From the human T2T-CHM13v2.0 reference genome, Homo sapiens: a stretch of 64,000 nt of DNA. Where the stretch lies: the NCBI RefSeq assembly GCF_009914755.1, contig NC_060926.1. The stretch is one strand, 5' to 3'. The position numbers and the translations under genes were made by a program. Below the pieces are notes generated by a model that was given only the letters and a program-made list of their open reading frames with translations, made no database searches and was not told the origin of the DNA. Below, piece after piece: positions 56,668-64,000 of this stretch (position 1 is the first letter of the stretch; each line of letters starts with the position of its first letter).

Positions 56668-57673
56668 TCCCAGAAGCAGAGGCTATCCCAATCCATGACT
56701 TGGCTTTTGAGCAAAGGAATATTTACAGATATGAAAAGGTCCATCTGAATAAACCTCACTGCAAAACTTAGGGAACATTTGCACATGTCTGTCCTTCTAG
56801 TGTATTCTTTGTCCTTGACTTCTACTTCCATTCCACTCTCAAAAATTCTTTCTTCTCCTTTCTCTACCCCAATTCAATCTTAGCCTGAAGAGATTACATG
56901 AATACTATTTGCAATTTACAGTGGCACCTTGGGTACATGCTCAGTTTATGACTCTGGCTTCTATGTCGTTAACAAGAAGATGGCTGTACAGGGATATAAG
57001 GACAAAAACTAGTAACAGTTAAGAATGTCAAATTTTATTGTCCCTGAGCCCTGCTTATTATGAAATCAAAAGGTCTTAAGTTCCCTATACACACACACAT
57101 ACACACACACACCAAATTCAAAAGTTGGACAGTTATACTATTATTCAATTCTTTCTATGAAGCCCGTGGCCAATCTCCTATTTACCTCAAAAACAACTCA
57201 AGTGCCTGTTCAAAGCAAATATGAAAAGGAACGTTTTCCTTCAAATTATGCTTCTATCCAGTACTGAATTTAAGAAACTATACAGAGTTGGTATCATATT
57301 CTTCTTTTGCAATCAATAAAATCTATCAAGATATTTGCATATATGTCTAGAAAATTACTTCCAACAACTAGTGGCTGGATAGATCCAAATGGTAATTTGT
57401 TGAACAAGGGTAGGAACTTCTGTTCTTTAAAAATATTTTCCATTTGGGGGCTTCTCAGACATAGCATTTCATAAAACCCTTGCCCCACTTTTAAAATTAT
57501 GCTAACAACTTAGTTTGCAGGAATTATGAGAACATTATACAAAATGAAATTTAAAGCAATTTATTAAACTAATTAAAATATAGCACAGATGTATTAAACA
57601 ACAATATACACAATTCTTATTTTGACATTTAAAATTAAAAATGCCTCATTTTTCATTTTAATGAGATAAATTA

Positions 57674-58097
<424 letters not shown>

Positions 58098-59147
58098 GTA
58101 AAATTCTAAAACTGTATGAAGATTTTATGAAGGCCATGTTAATAAAAAGCTTGATATAATCCATTGTTTATATCTACAATAGCCAATATCTGTGATAACC
58201 TTGTATACAGGAGCTATTTGAGTTAAATGTACAATTTTCCTATACTATGCTCCTGTTAATAGCAATTCTTTGAATTACAGCCACAGCTATTCTTTTTGAC
58301 TACTTGGATTGTTAGGTGATCAGCTAAAATTAGCTTCCCATACTTGATGGTTTCTTCCAAGGATGTTGGATTATCACACTTGGCATTGCATAACTCAAGT
58401 CTATGCTGTATCACTTGAAGCATCTGAAGACTTCTCTGTCAGTTCAAACCCTACTTGTGTCAAATGGCAGCAACTATCAAGATGTTCTGCCATCCTATAT
58501 ATGTCCAACTCAACAGAATCACCCACCTGAATGCTTGGGAGCTGGCTACACATTCTTGAATCTCCTTATTGGGCATGCTCCCTGGGGCTAATAGATTAAG
58601 CTGATGAAACAACTTAGGAATCTGGATGTGATACATATTTAGTTTTCGGAGTCACTTTATGGACCTCATTTTTATGACACACTGAATCTTCCAGGTTCCC
58701 AAAGGATATAATGGCCTTTTAAGTTTGATTGCCCCTTTTATAAATCAAGGAATCAAAGAATGACAGTTGCATCAGGTATGATAAAGTAAAGAAATTAATT
58801 TTCACATATAGTTTATGGAAATGTTTAATGACTATATATTCAACTTCATATTTGTATTTTTTCTCATTGCTTTATGTATATAATTCTTGTCTTCCCACAT
58901 AGATAGCAAACTCCTTAGGGATAAAGACCATTTCACAAAACCAAACATCCACTCAAAATAGTAGATGTTCAACCAATATTGTGTTTTAGTTAAATAAGTT
59001 ACACAAATAGCAAGATTCATTGGGCACATGTACTCTTCACTGCCAATGAAAATCTCTGGATTATAAGGGGTCCTTAATCTGAGTATCAATAAACAGGCTT
59101 TAGGAATTCATGAGCTCCCTAAAATTACATGCACATTGATTAAGGGG

Positions 59148-59370
59148 ATGGACTTTGGAGCAATAAAAATCAGAATTTGAGCCCCAGCTTTCCACTTAGT
59201 AGCTCTATGGGCTTACACAATTTACTTAACCTCTTTACACTTCAATATCTTTATCTCAAAAATGAGGATAATACAGCATTCCTTACAGTGCTGCTATGAG
59301 GATTAAACAGAATAACACATGTAAAGCAGTTGGCAGAGTGCCTAGCATAATTGAGTATCATTATAATTAG
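59148..59370 (+). mobile_element. MIR
   Basis: GGACTTTGGAG..TTTGAGCCCCAGCTTTCCACTTAGTAGCT..TTACTTAACCTCT..AAAATGAGGATAATA..GTGCCTAGCATAA. Confidence 0.8.
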
Positions 59371-59981
59371 TTTTTTAGTGTAAATATGAATTTCTCTGCA
59401 CAGAAGGTTCATAGCGTACACTGAATTCTCAGAGGGCTGGTAGCTCAAAAAAGGTTAAGAAACACTGTTCTATATCAAGAACAAAACATAAGAAAAAATT
59501 CAGCTATGGCTCAGTGATGAGTTAGTGAGTTGGCATTGCAAACTTATTTATAGGCACTATTTAATTACTTCATTTAAAGGAAATTGATATTAACTATTAG
59601 TGTTTTAGCTACAGCATAGCAATTTTCATTAGTATTGTTTTAAAAATTTAATAAATGTATAAAATAGGTATTTTGTAATTTTGTGACTCAGTATGCCCTG
59701 GGAAACATGATTAACTTTTTACATATATTAAAAAATGTTAATAGCATTAGAAAATGTGAATATTTTTTAAAATATAGGAGACTTTGTATACGGTCTAATT
59801 TCAACTATATAAAATATAATACGCACAGAAAACATGATAGTAAGCACTCACTTCATAATGTTACCCAAGGCTGCTACAGACAGGAAGGTTATGAGGGTGT
59901 TTTTTTTTCTTCTTTATATTTTATAAACTTTGAAAATAAATACAGACCACTTTTATAACCTGAGAGAAGGAAATGGAAGAA

Positions 59982-59988
59982 CACACAC

Positions 59989-60049
<61 letters not shown>

Positions 60050-60071
60050 TACATACACATACACATACACA
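59982..60071. repeat. (CATACA)n microsatellite
   Basis: Seen directly. Confidence 0.92.
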
Positions 60072-62269
60072 TTATGTAGTGAAGCTCATATTGCAGTACT
60101 TTCCCTAGTAACAAGAGATATAATTTGTTCAAGATTTAGCATTATTGGCAACTAGGATTGGTCTGTAAACCCAAATTCTCAGATGCTGCTTGATAGAAAG
60201 AAAAGAGGAAAACTACCACATGAGAGAGGGGCAAGAGGCTCCCAGACTCTTGTAATATGCTGATGCATCCACAAATTGATTATATGTACACACAAGAAGC
60301 CTCTCTTTAGAGCTGTTAATTAAAATTGTCCTTCTTTGACATAATAAAAAGGGGAAATACATGCAATTTTGGCCAAGCAGAACCAATGGATACATAGGTC
60401 ACAATGGAAATTCCCTTTGTGGACTTATCTTTGCAATCCAGAATTTTTAGTAGGTTTTCAGTATCTAAGTGATCCAAGCCAGCACCAGAGATTCTGAAGC
60501 ATCGGCAAGGAAAGCAAGGTACTTGCTCCACTCAATGCAGAACCAAACCCCACCTTTGACCAATTCCTGTTACTGGGAGACTGAATCAAAGTTCAGTGAG
60601 ACTAGCAAGGTGGCTTCTTCTTGGGAAACTTGTTCAGGATAGGAGAGCCTCTGACAGGTACCAACCCATTCTCCAGAAAGCTTGGCTCTTCCCAGCAGTT
60701 CTGCCCTGCCCCTGTCCAAGCACGCATGGTAGAAACTCACAGAATCAAAGCTGGTATCAGGACCTGACTCCAAGATACCATTTGCAAATGTGCAAAATCT
60801 TTCAATGAGGAAACTGCCAATTCATTTGAAATTTATGAAGGAAACATTTTCACTTAAAAAAATTAAAAGGAGGTATACAAAATAGCAGGAAAGAAGGTAT
60901 ATTGTCAGTAAATGTATCAGAGGAGAAAGAAAATCACTAATATACTTTACTTGCCAAATATCTAACTCTTCATATTCTCATACACACAAATATATATGAG
61001 ATATGGTAATTATTTTTAAAAACTATTAATTTTTCAAAAATTTGCTATAATTTTATATTTCTAATAATCTTCACATTATAATGAAGTTACCAGAGGGGAA
61101 AAAGGAAGGATGCCACCCATTTCAAAGTGCTTTCTAGACTTCTTGAAGGCTGATCTTAAAATTAACAAATTCTGTCACTTAGTCGAGGGGAAAGAAAAAA
61201 ATTAACTTTAATTTGGTATATTCATACTTGGCTGAAGAAAGCAACATATATAAAAGAGCACAGAATACTAAATTAGAATAAAATGGTAGAGTGAGAGTTA
61301 GGAGGGGCCTTGAGAAGTCAAAATAACTGAATTAGTCTATAATCTATCTACATATATAGGACATTTGGGAGTTTATCAAAAGAAGTCTGTGAGAAAAAAT
61401 ATAAAGCTAATTTTTCTAAATCTTTGCAAAATGCCATAGAACAGGAAGAGCTTTCAAAGGAAGATGAACAAGGAAAAATCTATTTCAGAAAAGCAAAACT
61501 AGCACAATGTCTGGCAAGTATGTAAAATAGCAATTTTGGGAGAAAAAATAACTTGTTCAAATAAGAGGAAGGTGAAAAGACAATCTGCAAAATGTTAACA
61601 AGAGGGTCCTAGATAACATCAGTACAGTATTGTTTCCAGTAAACTTCCAGTTTAGACAATGGACACGATAGCATCACCTGCTCTTGCTGAATGGATTAGG
61701 GATTGGTTTTGGCCAAAATGCCAGATAAGTAGGGAAAAAAAGCATAAAATCCTAAGCTATACTGGGTACTTGTTTATAATTTAAGATCATGTTAGGTCAC
61801 ATGTGTTTTTTCGTGGGAATGAAAAAATAAGAGCTGTTGTTGCTGTATTAACATAACGGTTTCCTGGTATCTGGCTCCCTGGAGCAACAGATGAAGGGTG
61901 TGCTAGACTATGAAGTGTCTAGGGAAGCCAAGCCTTCTTGCATCACATCACAGTGGTTCCACTAAGCTAATTACAAACAGGAGTTGATGTACTCCACAGG
62001 GAATCCAATTCAGATCCTACTGGTCAGAGAAGGGACGGCCAGAACATAAGGAAGTAAGAACGAAGGGAGAACAATGTCAAGGAGAGAGAAAAGGAGGAGG
62101 AGGCGGAGGTGGAAGGGAAAAGCTCCTTGGAGATTCATCTGAGTATACTTGTCTAAGTATGCTTGTATGGACATGTAATCATACAAAATAGATACCATTA
62201 ATTATCTAGGGTATGACTGTATGATGTAAATTATTCTTTGCGTTTTTATAATTTAAATATGAAACTCAC

Positions 62270-64000
62270 TAGATCTCCAACTTCGAGAAAGACAGGGGGC
62301 TGTAGGACATTGTGCCTATAATGAACAATACTGTATTGAATACCTAAAAATTTAAGAGGGTAGATTTCATATATGTGTTCTTACCACAATTTTAAAAAGA
62401 ATAATATCCACAAATCATGTCTGACAAAGGACTAGTATCCAGAACATGTAATAAATTACTACAATAGACTCGTGTTAGCCTTAAGGACACAATAGACTGA
62501 AAATGAAAGGATGAAGAAAGACATTCTATGGTAACGATAATTAAAAGTATTGTCTTATATCAGACAAAATACACACTTTTTGGTAAAAATCTGTCACAAA
62601 AGACAAAGAAGGTAACTATATAATGATAAAGGAATCAATTCATCAGGAGGATATGGACCTAACATTGGAATACTTAATATATTAAGCAAATATTAACAGA
62701 GCAGAAAGGAGAAATACAGCAATACGATGACAGGGGTCTTCAATACCACATTTTTAACAGTGGATAGATCATCCAGACAGAAAAGCAATAAGAAAACATC
62801 AGACTTGAACAACACTATAAACCAAATGAGCCTACCAAATATATAAGAACATTCCACCCAACAGTAGTAGAATATATATTTTTATCAAGTGCTCAGAGAA
62901 CATTCTACAGGATAGGTCATATGTTGAGTCACAAAACATGTCTTAACAAATTTAACATGATTGTAATCATCTTAAGTACCTTTTCTGAGCATAATGGTAT
63001 ATAAAACCAGAAATCAATAACAAGAAGTTATAAAAACTCAGAAATATGTGGAAATTAAACAATACACTTCTAAATAACCAATGGGTCAAATAAATTAAAA
63101 AGGGAATAAAAATATATTAAGACAAATAAAAACAAACACAATATATCAAAACTTAAGGGATGCATAAAAAGCAATTTTAAGAGGGAAGTTTATTCTTATT
63201 AGAATTTATTAGGTATCAGAATTATTAGATATTTATTAATACCTACATTAAGGAAAATAAAAGTTCTCAAATAAACAACCTAAATTCACACATCAAGGAA
63301 CTACAAAAAGAACCAACTAAGCACAACGTTAGAAATGATAAAGATCAGAGCATAAGAAATGAAATAGAGACTAGAAAAAAATAGAAAAGATCAATAAAAC
63401 TAAGAGTTAGCTTTCTTGAAAAGATAAACAAAATTGACAAGCCCTTAGCTTGAGCAAAGGACCTAAATAGACATTTTTCCAAAAAAGACATACAAATGAC
63501 TATTGGGTATATGAAATAGTGCGCAAAATCAAAAGTCATCAGAAAGATGCAAATCAAACCACAATAAGATAAAACCACCCTACAACTTGTTAGGATGGCT
63601 ATCATCAAAAATACAAGATATAATGAACGTTGGTGAGGGTGTGGAAAAAAAGAAACCCTCGTATACTGTTATTGGGAATGTAAATAAATACAGCCATTTT
63701 GGTAAAGAGAATGGAGGTTCCTCAGAATATTAAAATGAGTCAGGTGTGGTTGCTTCTGTCTGTCATCAAAGCTACTCAGAATGCTGAGGTGGGAGGACTG
63801 CTTGAGGCCAAGACCAGCCTGGGCAATATAGAGAGATACTGTGTCTCTGAAAATATCAACAACAACAACAACAACAAAAACCCAAAAACAGAAAACAATG
63901 AAAAGAAAAACAGTTAAAACTATAGTTACCGTATGATCCAGTAATCCCACTTCTGGGTATATAGCCAAAGGAAATGAAATCAGTATCTCAAAGAGATATC
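62270..64000 (+). mobile_element. L1M(A/B) fragments: short 3' end, ORF2 EN region, then a jump to the ORF2 C-terminus; runs off the window
   Basis: CAGACAAAAT..AAAGACAAAGAAGG..GGAAATTAAACAATACACTT; at ~63450 it continues as TGAGCAAAGGACCTAAATAGACATTT. Confidence 0.8.
63738..63912 (+). mobile_element. FLAM-like Alu monomer with a (CAA)n tail
   Basis: GTCAGGTGTGG..GCTGAGGTGGGAGGACTGCTTGAGGCCAAGACCAGCCTGGGCAATATAG. Confidence 0.8.

Overview
Primate (human-like), AT-rich, repeat-dense intronic DNA. The only host coding sequence I can support is one 74-bp minus-strand exon (56024-56097, [E]FARSGPVPGFQEDTLQLAFIDLRQ) that I recognise as EXOC6B (Sec15B), so the whole window lies inside that gene. 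The rest is nested L1s, Alus, MIR/L2/L3, MLT1/MLT2 LTRs, DNA-transposon relics, microsatellites and a processed RPS15A pseudogene. The main finding is at about 45370-49300 on the minus strand. Manual frame-by-frame translation shows a heavily decayed but colinear ORF with the architecture of an R2 (clade A-type) retrotransposon: three zinc fingers, Myb, RT motifs -1 to 7, thumb, QGR linker, CCHC knuckle and restriction-like endonuclease. It sits outside rDNA and is interrupted by a MIR, a MADE1 and an internal duplication. To my knowledge R2 is considered absent from placental mammals. All family calls are by eye, repeat boundaries are approximate, and no searches were run.
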